Source: Camelus dromedarius
Lineage: Eukaryota
DNA: 64,000 bases
Assembly: GCF_036321535.1 (NCBI RefSeq)
Contig: NC_087437.1
Span: forward strand, 49,602,001 to 49,666,000
Reading direction: 5' to 3'
Below, piece by piece: positions 51,655-64,000 of the stretch. Below the pieces are notes generated by a model. That model worked only from the letters and a program-made list of their open reading frames with translations, did no database searches and was not told where the DNA came from. Numbering within the stretch: position 1 is the first letter of the stretch; the number at the start of each line of letters is the position of its first letter. Both the position numbers and the translations under genes were made by a program.

Positions 51655-51840
51655 GTGTGTGGCCTGGTGGGCTTCTCCCCTGCTGTTGACTTTAGCGGCT
51701 CGTCTGTCTGAAAGTTGTGAGCCCACAAAGCCTCCTCCGGGTCTCAGAGCAAGATGCAGCACGCAGGCTAAGAGGAGCAGCGCCCCCGGGGCCTCGCCCT
51801 CTCAGCCACTGCAGGCAGAGCTGTGGTGACGTGCCGGCAG
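51655..51840 (+). other. Candidate 186-nt non-coding exon (or alternative first exon)
   Basis: Acceptor gtcttttag, strong donor CAG/gtgagc, locally GC- and CpG-rich unique sequence. Confidence 0.4.
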
Positions 51841-52369
51841 GTGAGCCCTCAAGGGGACTCTGAGGGGAGCAGGTGAACACAGCCTGGCTTCACCAGGATG
51901 AACTGGAAGAATTAGACAGCTTCTATCCTAAAAGGCTCTCTCTTGGAAAGATAAAGGGAACTCTGTTGTGAAGTACTGTTCTCACCTTCTGAGATGCCGT
52001 GTGTTGCAAATTTTTCATTTCCTGGGCCTGCCATTCCACCTAAATCAGGCTGTACTCAGCACACTTGTTAATGTCAATCCCGTTGATTGGTGGCTTTTAA
52101 GTAAGGAAACTTTCTAATTTTTAAAAACACATTAGCAGAGGAATTTATTCTCAGATAAGGCAGAGTGAAGTGGCTGTGTAAACATAATGACCTCAGGGAA
52201 ACCAGCCTTTAAGCCACACACACACACACAGAGGCAAATAAGAGATTTGAAATAATCAATTTCTTTGCTGGTCATGCTTTGGCAAATATGTTTTTGCCTG
52301 CATCATTTCGGAAATTACTTCTAACAAAATTTAAATTGTTTATTACCCTTTAACAGTCTGTTTTTTGTC

Positions 52370-52880
52370 TTTTTTATTACATAGGCAATACACAAATATA
52401 GTACTATTGTAAAAGATTCACAGAATACTCCCATCCCCGCCCCTCCAGCTCCCTGGCTCAGACACGACCGCACACGCTGTCTTTCCCCATCTTAGAGGTA
52501 CGTGGCTACTGTCAGAAGCTTGCTCTGTATCTTTTGACTTTTCTTTCACATTTACATAGGAATATAAATTCTTTGGCAATTTAAAAAATAAACAAATAGA
52601 AATGCAGTATGTCTTTTTTTTTTTAATTTGCTTTTTTCCCCCCTTTACTTTAAAATATGTCTTGGAGATTTTTCCAAGTCAGTACATATTTGAGTCTCTG
52701 CATAGTATTCCTTAGTGTGGAGTCACCACAACTCACTCATTCCTCTATTGATAGGCATTGAAGTGTCTCTTTCTTTTTGAATTACAGTTACAAACTTTTT
52801 TTTTTCCCACACAAGTGTGAATCTATTTCTAGCTGAAATTTCTAACAAGTAGAGTTACTGAGTCAAAGATGTCAATTTTC
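52370..52880 (-). mobile_element. Old L1 (L1ME-like)
   Basis: tatgtcttggagatttttccaagtcagtacat...cattcctctattgataggcatt. Confidence 0.65.
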
Positions 52881-53759
52881 CTATTCTTTTTAAATAAAAC
52901 CCATCTTTTAATTGATAAATCAATTACTAGCATATATTGTATACCTACTACGTGCATGGGGCTTTAGGCAAGACATAAACTTGAGGCAGGTCTTAGTAGG
53001 GCCTATGAACAATTCCCATTTGAGGCTGAGGCCTTTCCAGACAAAACTACTTTTTGACTAATCTTCCTTTCTTTGGTCACAAAACTGTCTTCTAAAGTAA
53101 TTATATAATGGAGGTCGTTGCCATAAAGCTGACCATGGCCACTTCATTATAATACAATAACTTTAAACTTAGGGCTTTGCGATATGGTTGTACTGCAAGT
53201 TTGTGACTGATTGACTTTTGATGATGTGATTTCAAAGGACTGGTAGCCGGTTTTGGTTGAGGATTCCCAGCCTCTGAATATCTAGCTATCCCGGTGTATC
53301 TAGGCAGCCCAGTCCCAAAAAGAGCAGGTGATGCACTGCAGGGCTGGCGGCAGGACTCTGACAGCCCAGCCACAGTGCCCAGCAGACTCTGGGACGAGGG
53401 GTGCAGCCACAAGCCTGGTGGCCTCTCTCCAGGTCAGCCCCATGTGACTGAACAACTCTGAGTGAAATAACTCGTCTGCAGCTAGTGAGCAGTACAGCAG
53501 GGACTTGAATTTAGGTCCTTTGACACCTGAGCCTGAAATATAACTACCCAGTAAACCTGCCGCTGTCAGTACAACATTGCGGTCGGTACAGAAGGATGCA
53601 GAGGAGGGAGTGTTTGCTGTGGGCTAGGACTGCCCTGTAGGGCTTTCAGGTAGGATCTGGGGTTTAAATGGTTTAGGTTTGAATTATGAGAAGGAGGAAA
53701 GAAAAAGTATAAACAATGGTATGGAAATGGAAAAGCAAAAAGCGAGAGATTAACAACAG

Positions 53760-53990
53760 TAACAACCATAATAATAGCAACAATTCACATGACAGATCAT
53801 TTTACTGTGGGCTGGCACTTTGCTAAGTGCTCCATAGGAAACATTTTATTTAACGCTTAATAAATTCTGATGAGTTACAATTATTCCCTTCTAGAAATGA
53901 GGAAATGAGAATTAATGATATTAAGCAAGCTGACCAAAGCCATGGAGCCGATAAAGAGGTATAGCCCAGGAATTGGACTTACTGATGGAC
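53760..53990 (-). mobile_element. MIR SINE
   Basis: ggcactttgctaagtgc...ttattcccttctagaaatgaggaaatgag. Confidence 0.7.
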
Positions 53991-56212
53991 GAGGCACTCG
54001 CAGATGAGAGGGCGCGGCGGGAAGGGTAGTGGGGAGCACGGGACAGGCAGTGGGGGGCCTCGAATGACCAAGCCTGTAGGCAACCAGGAATCCTTGAAAA
54101 ATTTCTGAGCACTGAAGTAACATGATGGAAGTGGATATATGATAAATTCTTTTATTTTTACTCATGATGAGAGGTGGAGACCCTGTGTTTGGGGACGGCG
54201 GGTCGTAATTGCAAAGTAGGAGCTGAAGTTAGGAAAGACTAAGTGCGGCCATCCTCCTTTCGTGCCTGCCTTGGGGGCCCTAAAATTGTCAACTAGTTCC
54301 TGAACACATGGGTAGGAACAGCAGGACTCCAGTGAAAAGAATCTGAGTCCCGAAAGCAGAAGAACCTGGATTCACGTCCTGGCTCTGTCGCTTCTTTAGC
54401 TTTGAACCAATTCATGAATGCTGACTGACCAGTCCGTGGGATCCTGGCGGGGAGAGACGGAGACCTGGTCACGCTGGGAACGTCTGGCTCTCGGGCGCTG
54501 TGAGCATTTTTTGAATAACAAGTGAATGGAGTTTTCTGAGCCTCCTTCTTTTCATCTGAACCATGAGGATCATCTTACCTATTTCACAAAGTCCTGCCTC
54601 CCGTCAGCCAAGGAAGAAAGATTATTGGGTTAAAATTTTCATTAAAAAAAACCAAAAAAACTTGATGGATATGTTTATAGTGCCTTCTTAGGAAATCAAC
54701 ATACATTTCTTTTTGTTTAAATATAAATGATTTTTCTTATGAGCAATATAGATCCATAATAGAAAAATTATAAAATGCAGATAAGTAAAAGGGAAAAAAA
54801 AAACTCCATCATTCTACCTCTTGGGATATATTATGCTCTCCATTCAGTTCTTTTCCTTCATTAATGTACGTGTAAATATGCATGAAAGATGTGTATTGAC
54901 ACGTATCTAAACATAATGTTTTGTAATCTTTTTTTTTTTTCTCTTTGTGGGTACTACAGTCAATATTTTAAATCCTGGTCTGCCTTCTTTGTAATTATAT
55001 TTCTAGCCTGTTAATAATTAATTACTAGTCTACTAAATCTGTTTTCAACAAGGATCTAACAATGTATTAAAATGATTAGCAAATGCATTCAAAAAGAATC
55101 AGCAAATCAGTTTTGTTTGGCATGGTGTGGACTAAAAGTTTTCATACTTTTTGTACTTAAAGAACTGGTAAAACATCTTATGGAATTGACATATGGGTAA
55201 AGGCATTTAAATAACCTGACTACCATTTACTGCCAGATCACAGAGGAACAACATTGCCATGTACACAATTTAAATACATTTACTGTTACGAAAATTAAAA
55301 CACACTCTGGTGAGATGGGGTGACCCTATGTCACCCTAGAATTGCAGACTCGTGCAGTGAGAAGGCATGGAGCAATTGCAAAGGATGCACTGAGGATATG
55401 AAGGCTAAAGTTGAGAGGTTTTTCTTCTGTTGCCCTGGACAGGTGAAAGCACCCTCATTAACCAGTTCAAGCTCTTTAGTAACAACAAAACAAACCCGTG
55501 TCTTGTTTTCAGCCATTTTATTTTTGTTTGCTTATTTGCGGGCTCCTAGAGGGGAGAGACCACATTGAATTCATCTTTGTAGCCCTACTGCTTAGGGTTG
55601 GGCAGAGAGAGTAAATGAAATATTGGCCAAGGGGCTCTGCTGAATAGTGGATTCCGATGAAGAAATATCCTATTTTTGAACTGCTTTCTTTTCATTTTAC
55701 CATTTAAGTTTCCCAAAGTTGCTTTTTAAAGTAGTGCCCACTATTTGTGCAAAAGACTTAGGTCATAGAGTTGGGGAGCAGGCAGTTTTTATACAGTACA
55801 AGCTGGAGTTTCAAGCTCTGGCTGGATAAGAGAAAGGTATTTAACCTATATTATCTTTACAGCAACTTAAACCATAAGTAAAGGGGCATCTCTGAGAACA
55901 CATAAACATAGTGCTGCTTCATGGGTGAGTTGAAACTGCTTTGTAAATATGGACTCTGTTTCTTGCACACTTTAATATCTCATTGCTATTTTATTTGTGG
56001 TTCCTCTGGCAGAGGGTCCATCCTCTACCTGTTGAACTCTTCCTCTTCTTTGAAAGCCTAGCTCAAATGCCCCTTTCCCTATTGAGCCTTTTCCTCGCTC
56101 CCCTTCAGTGTCTCCTAACTGGCCGGAATTAATCATTCTCACCTTCGTGTTTCCATAATGCTTTGTCATAGCTCTGTTTTAATATGTCATTGTGCTTTTT
56201 TGGTGAAGAGTT

Positions 56213-56561
56213 TGTCTTAGATCATTTGGGCTGCTGTAACAAAATGCCATAGACTGGGTGGCTTGTACACAACAAACGTTTATGTCTCACCGTTCTGGAG
56301 GCCGGAAGTCCGAGATCAGGGTGTCAGCATGGTTGAGTGAGGGGCCTCTCCTGGGCTGCAGACTTTTCATTGTATCCTCACATGGTGGGAGGGAGGAAGG
56401 CAGCTCTCTGGGGCTCTTTTATAAGGGCATCAATCCCATTCAGAAAGTTCCACAGTCATGACCTAATCACCTCTCAAATGTCCCACCTCCTAATACCATC
56501 AGCTTGAGGGTTAGAATTCCACATATGAATTTTGGGGGACACAAACATTTAATCTATAGCA
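56213..56561 (-). mobile_element. MaLR solo LTR (MLT1A-like) inserted in an L2 (~56010-56700)
   Basis: tgtcttagatcatttgggctgctgtaacaaaatgccatagactggg...gggggacacaaacatttaatctatagca. Confidence 0.9.
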
Positions 56562-57519
56562 AGTAGTGTATGTGGGTCTATCTTTGCTTCAAGGTGGAGT
56601 TACCTGAGGGCTGGGGAGGGTTATTATGCATCTTTGTATCCTCAGTATCTGGTATAACACATGATCCAGGGTAGGGACTCCTAGTACAATGCATGATCGA
56701 GGATAGGAACTCCTGAACTTTGGCATTTTCAGGGCCCTTCTATTCAGCATCACCAGCTATAAATACACTAAGTCCTTTTTATTCTCAGTGGTGGCTAAGC
56801 CGAATCTGTGATGATACACAGCAAACTCAGGTTGTCCCTTGTGAATGGGCTCCGTTGGCTGGGTGGTTTCCCAGGCATTCTCAGCCCATTGTTAGACCCG
56901 TGAGAAGGCACTGTGGGTGGGGTGGGATGGGACTCAAGGCAGATGCAGTGCTCAAACTCCCTCTCTCCACACTGTTACTAAGCAGAGTGGCTTTCTTCTC
57001 ACCCCATTGGTCTTCCAAACCCAAATGTGTTTAATCACCTACAAGTACCACTCATTAACTGCCCCTAAAAACAATAATTAGGTACCCCATTTTAATGTGA
57101 AGTGATCCATGTTACTATTGTTTCCTCTGCATAGTGACTCTCCCACTGCTGGTATTGTGACAGCTAAATAAAAAGGCCAGTAATACGTGGGTTTCTGTGT
57201 TTTGTTTTTTTACCTTGAGGAAACAAAGACTCCCCTGATGTAATGAGATACTAGGAATCTCAAAAGAGCCAAACAGAACAATACAGATTTTTTTTAAAAA
57301 TTATTATTATAAAACCAACAAGAAGGAATTTTTCAGCAATAATAATGGGAGACTGGTTATTGTTAGAGCTTACAGCCCATTACGGGGAGGAGAAACCAAG
57401 CTGTTCAAGGCAACCTGCAAGGGGTGGGCGACCACAAATGCATACAAGTTGTCAAAGTTGGCACTGTCTCCCAAAGAAGACAGACATTAAAAAGAAACAA
57501 AACTGATAAAAAGAATTGG

Positions 57520-57778
57520 AGGGGTAAATTGGGAGTTTGGGATTTACAGACACTAACTACTCTATATAAAATAGATGAACAGCAAGGTCCTATATATGGC
57601 ACAGGGAACTATATTCAATACCTAGTAATAGCCTACAATGAAAAAAGAATATGAAAAGGATATATATATATCTCCTTATATATATATATAGCTGAATCAC
57701 TCACTATTCCGTACACCAGAAGTTAACACAAAATTGTAAACCAACTATACTTAAATAAAAGAATTTTTTTAATAATAA
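57520..57778 (+). mobile_element. 5'-truncated L1 3' end
   Basis: gggagtttgggattt...cacagggaactatattcaata...tgtaaaccaactatactt. TSD aaaaaga(a/c)ttgg at 57508-57519 and 57779-57790. Confidence 0.9.
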
Positions 57779-60190
57779 AAAAAGACTTGGCCAATGCACC
57801 TTTTCAATAAAGCTCTCCAGTAGTAAACCAAATTCTAAAAAGAAGCAAACCTCTTTATCAACACAGTGTTGTGTCAAGTATTGCCCTATACAGCATGCCT
57901 TTAGGAACCCTCACTGAAAACCTGTCCACCCTAATTATCAGGAGTTTCTCCATTTCTTGGTTGGAAGGTTTGGGATATGTCAGCACCAAGATTCTAACTC
58001 ATTGGCCCGAGGAGTACCCCCGCCCCAACCAGGGTCCCCCCTGTGCTCCAGGGGCAAAAGCCCTCCTAACTGCCGCTGAATGCTGGGGCCACGCAGCTGG
58101 CATCTCGCCACTGGGTTGGCCTGCTGCCCAGGAGCATCATGGGAGAGAATCTGAACGCTCTTGGCAGCTGAGACTCAGACTTTGACAGTTGTAACTGATG
58201 GGCTCACTGGTCAGGGCACTGCTGAGGAACATCACATTCCTGGGAGAAAAGTCGCCCAAAGTGAGGAGTTTTGCATGATAGACTAGACTCAGCAGGAGGG
58301 ATTGTCACTGGAAGGCTGGTGTTTCCAAGGACTGGCATTTGAACCCACTTGGTCCTCATCCCCTGAGATGACCCTGTGCTCTGTGAATGAGAGGATTATG
58401 GAATGAATCTGAAAAATAAGACAAAACGAATATCATTTGGGGTCTCAGCCACTTAAGAGAGTTGGACACCAGAAAAGAAAACGTTTCCCTGTTGGGCAGA
58501 GAGAGGTGCTAGGACTGGAGAGTAGGAGCAGGTGGTGAGGAAGTCCAGGTGGGCGTGAAAGCAGATCCAGCAGGGTCAGTGGAGGTCGGAGGTGGGTCAG
58601 CACTCCCCTGGGAGGCTCTGAGTTGGTACTAAGCATCACATTAACCAGCACTGCTCTGAGAATGGTGGGGAATTTTCAGAATCAAGAGAAGGCTCTTAAT
58701 TTTAAAGAGAGAATAATCCATGTGAAAGAAGGGCCATAATGACCAGCAATACAGGACAGTGACATTTTGAAACTGTACCAATGATCAAAGCACTAGGAAT
58801 TCAGAGGAAGAAGGGATTTCTAGAAAGGTGATTAGAGGAGGCTTAATAGAAAAGCTTTAAAAAAGAGACATTTAGGTAAGTTGGAGGAAGAAATAACTGG
58901 GGACAAGAAACCTTCCTAAGAACTCAGATGCACCTTGAGTCTGTCAGCATCTTTAAGTACCTTTGGTTTCCCACCATTACAACCATACGTGCTTACTTTG
59001 GGTTTTTCAGTATCTTCATCTTCTCTGGCTTTCTAGAAGCCATTATGAGGGGCCCTGACTCACTGGAGAGACTCATACAGAAGCCTCTGTCCCCATCACA
59101 GCCACCTCCTTACCTTGTCCCTCCTAGATGGTGCCCCTGAGGAGGATCAACACTGGGCCTCAGAGAAGAGAGAAAACCAAAAGGCCATCAGCAACAAATT
59201 GAAAATTGAAGTTGAAAGGCAAGCCTTCAGATTTGGAGGAAGACTTGTATCTAGCCCTTGAAGGGAATGAACTGTCTGAGGTAGCAAACTCCAGTTAGTA
59301 AATGAATTTTGTCACTGTGGTTATGTGTATAATTCATAGGAGTGTACAGTTTACTACCAGAGATGAATACCTTTACCCTGGTTTGCTTTTGGCTCTTAGT
59401 ATAGGTACAAGTTTGCTGTAAAATGGAAGATACAAAATACAAAATAATAAGACACAAAATAATTACCACGTTAAGAGAATTTTCAGATAGGTGCTCTCAC
59501 CCCCACACTGTCCCCACTGGAAAATGAGGATCAATACAACATGCACTGGAGAATTGATACGATAGGCAGGCTAACCCTGCTTCTACTCAACCTGGGAGAA
59601 GTATTTACTACGCAGTGAAAATAATTTTCTCCCAATGCCATCTTTGCCCTTTGACATCAAGTGAAGAGGTAAGAAGTAAGGGGTCAGGTATGTGGCTTGA
59701 CTGTTCCCAGGCAGCCTGCGTGAGTGGCCACGCTGTTCTGTACCAGAAGTCTCTTTTCTCCTGAATTATCTCGGCTAGCTATCAGTGCAACACGAACTCA
59801 CTGTTCTTTGCCAATCTTTCAGTCCCCTTGAAGAGCCAGGAGGATAGAAGCCTGCACCCTACTGCAAACCTCTGATCCCATCTGCACCCACTTCTTGGCT
59901 GTGCTTCTGAATCTAGAGTTTCAGCAGCCAAATATCAGGGATGCTGTTAGGTGGGGATTTTTGAATTTTGGCTTCATGTTTGGTTCAAAATGTCACTTTT
60001 GAAAGGAAAGTTATTCTTCAGTATTATTTTTTTTTAATCAAAAATACCACTACCACCATTCCGACTCTACCACTCCCCTCCACACTAAAGATCAGCCCTA
60101 AGCAGGCTTCTGGGGTTTCCAGGCCAGTAGTTTATCAACGTCAGTGACACTGCTAAAATTAAACTTCAAGTTATGTTAATTTATTTCATA

Positions 60191-60323
60191 TTCTTTTTCC
60201 CTTCCTTCCTACCTTCCTTTCTTCTCTCCTTCTCTCCTTCTCTTCTTCTTCTTCTTCTTCGTCTTCTTCCTCCTGCTCCTCCTCCTCCTCCTCTTTCCTC
60301 TTCTTCTTCTTCTTTTTTTTTTT
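60191..60323 (+). repeat. Polypyrimidine (CTT)n/(CCT)n/Tn tract
   Basis: About 130 nt of almost pure pyrimidine, read directly. Confidence 0.95.
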
Positions 60324-60326
60324 AAG

Positions 60327-60428
60327 TCCACAGGAAGCCAGGAACCACACGACTGCGTTCTCCTGGGCATTTTCCTGTGGTCACCCAGCTGAGGGGAGTG
60401 CATTCCTGTGAGATCAAGGCTTTCAGAG
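60327..60428 (+). other. Candidate non-coding (5'-UTR) exon; alternative start at 60334
   Basis: Very long pyrimidine tract, acceptors ttaag (60326) and cacag (60333), consensus donor GAG/gtaagt, no ATG in the exon. Confidence 0.7.
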
Positions 60429-61489
60429 GTAAGTGTAGCCTGTCACCTGGACCTCCTGCCCTGACTCATTTCAAGTGGGCCCCCAAACGAGCTGTAGGTA
60501 TTGGGAGGGTCTTTGCTTTTCCGCTCTAGCTGCTCCAAGGACCTAACTTCTCATCCCCACTTTACAGCTCTTCAGCCTTTTGCATCCATTGCCTGATGGT
60601 CAGATGTAGAACCCCAGGGGCCGGAGAGGAATTAAACCCTTCTCCACCATGTGCCTCTCTTCCAGGGAGATTGTCAAAAGCCAACAGAGAATTGTGTCCT
60701 AGGAACAACCTTAGACTTTCTGAAAGTTGTGGAGTTCAGGGACCTTAAGAGGATTGGCGACTGGTTTTCTTGGAACTCTTTTCCCCTCAGTGCTTTTAGG
60801 AGTTGGCCTGAGTGAAGGGTGTGCCCTCCGGCCACAAGCTTGGAGCCCTGCAGAGAGCTGCTGGCGGGGGGGATTGGTGGTGGTTAACCTGTTATGAAAC
60901 GTGAAGGTGAACACGCAGCGATGAGCTCACTTTCTTTAAGAGGCATGTGTGTAGGTGAAAGAGCTGAAGTAACCTGAAGTAGCCACAGCTGCACGTGAGA
61001 TCGCAGTTGACCGTGTTCTTCTTTGTTGTTTCACACTTCCCAACTCACAAAGAGCACGTGTTATTTTTATCAATAGAGGGTTAAAAAAAAAAAAAAGAGC
61101 CTTTAAGAAGAAATAACATGCGGGTAGAGATCATGCTTCTTTCATTTCATCCTTGTGGCGAATGAATTCCATCCGCGGCGGACACCTGGCCTTGCACCTG
61201 GGTCGTGACTTACCCACGTGGCATCCGGGGTCTGCTCTAGGGCTCCCGGGGCAGCAGAAGCAGTGGTGCCTTGGAGGCCTGGAAATGGGCCCTGGGATAA
61301 GTCCTCAAAATGAATCCCTAAGCTATGGAGTCCTGGGGCTTGTCATGGTACTCGTCATGTGGCCCATTGCTCATTTCTATAACAGAATCATAAAGTTTTA
61401 GACCTAGAAGGATCTTGAGGAATCATCTATTTTGTTTTTTCATTTTTGTGGCAGAACCAGGATAAGAGTATGGAAGTAATGTCACCCCT

Positions 61490-61715
61490 CTTTTAGTAAT
61501 CATCTGTTATGTGCCAGGAGTGGTACCGGGTGCTTTCTGTAGATTAACCTTTAATCACACCATCAAGATAAGTATCATCCCTACCTTGATTGTACAGTCA
61601 AAAGAACTGAAAGCACAGAGATTACTCCAGATTATCTAACTATAATCCAAGGTGGGTTTTGAACTCATGTTTGTCTGGTTTCAAAATGGGCTCTTACCGT
61701 GCACGGTTCTGCCTC
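61490..61715 (-). mobile_element. MIR SINE
   Basis: tatgtgccaggagtggtaccgggtgcttt...aactgaaagcacagag...tttgaactcatgtttgtctggtttcaaa. Confidence 0.7.
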
Positions 61716-62849
61716 TTTATTTCTAGTATGAGCTACCTGATTTCCAGTCTTAGAGCTTTGCCTCGTCTCCACATTGAAAACGCAGGTCTGTTCTAGCCTG
61801 TGGGGCTGAGCAGATCAACCCCCAAGTGGCATTCCCCTTGCTGGGGGAGCCCGTGTGGTCATGAAGGAGCCCACCCTGAAGTTTGAAGTTTCTTGTTGGC
61901 TCTTCTTCAAAGCGATGTGACCACAGGCCTTCAGCCTGAGCTCAGGCTTCCTTTCATTTACTCACTCACTCCCCTCTCATTGTGAGAGCTCCCATTCACA
62001 TGCTGTGGGAATGCCCAGCCAGAGGGAGGGTGTGGTGACCAGGAGACTGTCACCAGGGCCCCAGCCATAGGAAGGGAGCTGGGGTGGGGGGAGCCTAGAG
62101 GCTGTGGGAAGGCTGGGCTGACCTGGTCTTTGGAGAAGAGAGGATTGAGGGCTTTCTGGGGTGGAGGTTGAGGGGAGGCAGGGCAGAGAGATATCTCCTC
62201 TTTCAGAGAAAAGTAATGACTCTTCAATCATGAACAGGATCAGCTTAGAGTAAGTTCTCCATGTTTCAGCATGGCCAGAGGCATCCTGGTTAATCAACTA
62301 CAGTGCTTTTAACTAGGGTGATGGTGTGTGCCATATGTGCTGAACGCCTTTCTAGGGATTATAACACAATAACATAAGGTTAAAACTCAAACTGCACTAA
62401 ATATAACTAAAGCTTTCTTTGATGATTCAGAAGGCCTTTATGATCCTGTGGTGCCTCGAGGTCACCATTATGTTTATCATCATCCTTGATGAGACAGGCA
62501 GCTGAATAAAAATGCCAGATTTAAAGTTAGAGGCCTCACCCCCATTCTGCGTACCCACGTGGCCTTGGGCAGGAGACTTGACCTCTTGAGCTTCAGGGTC
62601 CCATCAGCACTCCATCACAGGGCCGTCACAGTAGAAACCACGTGTGTAAAGAATACTGGTGTCACTATTACCATTACCATTAAGCTACCAGGACATCAGA
62701 CTGCCAGCAAACAGAGAATTCTACCATGTGTTTTTTTCCAACACACTTCAAAGCAATTTACTCTAGTCTCCTTTTAAGGCAAACATGGCTTCTCTCGCAG
62801 CAGGGATTACTGAGAAGTGATATTTACTCAAGGGCCAATAGGAACATTT

Positions 62850-63260
62850 AAACAGTGTTTTTAAATGGCAAAAATGGCACATATTTTGAGATAAAAATTG
62901 TTTAAATTCCAATATTACAGAACAACATATTACAAAATAAAAGGCCCCTTCTGCCCACATTGTCTTATTCTTCCCCAGGGATAAGCCTATGTAGCTTTGT
63001 GTGTATGTGCGTGTGGGTATGTGTTAGACATAATTCCACTACTCATTGTTGTTCTATAACTTTGCTTTCTTTTTTTTCTCTTAACAACATATTTTGGGGA
63101 TCTTCTCATTCTTTTTCACAGCCACATCTGCGTGGCCTTTCATGATATGGGTGTGCTTTATCTTGTTTAACAATTGCCCTTTTGATGAACACAAGGTTAT
63201 TTCTAGTTTTTTTCTCTGGCAAACAATGCTGCAGTGAGCACAGGATGACAAATTTATGGA
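62850..63260 (-). mobile_element. Old L1 (L1ME-like)
   Basis: ccttttgatgaacacaaggttatttctagttt...acaatgctgcagtgagca. Confidence 0.65.
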
Positions 63261-63399
63261 CCACCTCAGTTGTAGCCATGCAGCAATTTTCACTACCTCA
63301 GATTGTTTTGACCCATACTTCATAAAACATTCTTAATCAATATGTCTCCCAAAAGAGATAGCATCAAATATGAGCAAAGCTAGTGATCTTTTTTAATGG

Positions 63400-64000
63400 T
63401 TCGGCGATTTCCAAATAAATGTATACACTTGTGTAGCCATCACCACCAAAGAGATTTACAACATTTACCTTACCCCCCAGAGTTCCCTTTTGTTCCTCTT
63501 TGAGGTATATATCCACCCTAGCTCTAGGCGATCACTGATAGGATTTCTGTCTCTAAAGTTTTGCTTTATCTAGAAATTTCATACAAATGGAATTATAATA
63601 TGTAACCTTTTGTGTCTGGCTTCTTTTACTTAGCAAAACATTTTTTGAGGTTCAACCATGTTGGTGAACCTGTTAGCTACTGCTGGGTAGTGTTCCATTA
63701 CATTAGATGTGCCCATTCTGTTTGCTCATTTGGATTGTTTCCAGTTTGAGGCTGTTTTTTAGTTTCAACCTGTTATGAATAATGATACTATGGACATTTG
63801 TGTCTAAGTTTTTGTATGGACATGTATTTTTCTTTCTCTTTGGTAAATACCTTGGAATTACTGGGTCTTATGATAGGTGTATGTTTAACTTTTTAAAGAG
63901 ACTGCCAAATTATTTTCCAAAGTGGTTATTTCATTTTACATTCCTACCAGCAATGAGTGAGGCTTCTGTTTCTCCACATCCTCACTAACACCTGGTGTTG
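63400..64000 (-). mobile_element. L1MB/MC-like 3' end running off the window
   Basis: atacaaatggaattataatatgtaaccttttgtgtctggcttcttttacttagca...actgccaaattattttccaaagtgg...tctccacatcctcactaacac. Confidence 0.88.

Larger units (their letters stand above)
1..64000 (+). other. ZBTB38: Intronic/5'-UTR region of a large + strand mammalian (probably camelid) gene; tentative host ZBTB38
   Basis: No coding exons. Several + strand exon-like segments have acceptor and donor signals. 4 of 5 MaLR LTRs are antisense to +. The gene name is from recall of the multi-exon ZBTB38 5'-UTR and needs BLAST confirmation. Confidence 0.4.

Noticed and set aside
51118..51762. Longest ORF (214 aa, minus strand)
   Set aside because: Non-ATG start, no recognisable domain, and antisense to the inferred host gene; compatible with chance.
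60209..60403. Lys/Arg-rich protamine-like ORF
   Set aside because: It is the translation of the (CTT)/(CCT) repeat on the minus strand.
1..64000. CRISPR array, operon, intact retrovirus or other novel multi-gene system
   Set aside because: No regularly spaced repeat-spacer array, no long ORFs, no gag/pol/env, and no compositionally foreign block were seen.

Overview
Mammalian genomic DNA, AT-rich and CpG-depleted, with no prokaryotic features. Five tRNA-Ala-derived SINEs of the Vic-1 type suggest a camelid (alpaca/camel). I find no protein-coding exon, RNA gene or CpG island. The listed ORFs are chance frames or repeat read-throughs. The window reads as the intronic/5'-UTR part of a large + strand gene, with candidate non-coding exons at 29371-29442, 51655-51840 and 60327/60334-60428. 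From recall only, these resemble the ZBTB38 5'-UTR; this is unverified. Much of the sequence is interspersed repeat: L1, L2, L3/CR1, MIR, MaLR solo LTRs, and hAT and Tigger DNA transposons. Subfamily names come from remembered consensus sequences, and old-repeat boundaries are approximate. The most notable observations are: (1) a Tigger13a-type element that keeps a decayed transposase segment missing from a second copy in the same window; (2) two 5'-inverted (twin-primed) L1 insertions; (3) a perfect palindromic steroid-response element inside an L2 relic; (4) an exon preceded by a 154-nt AG-free pyrimidine tract; (5) clusters of CACGTG E-boxes. I see no support for a new multi-gene biological system.
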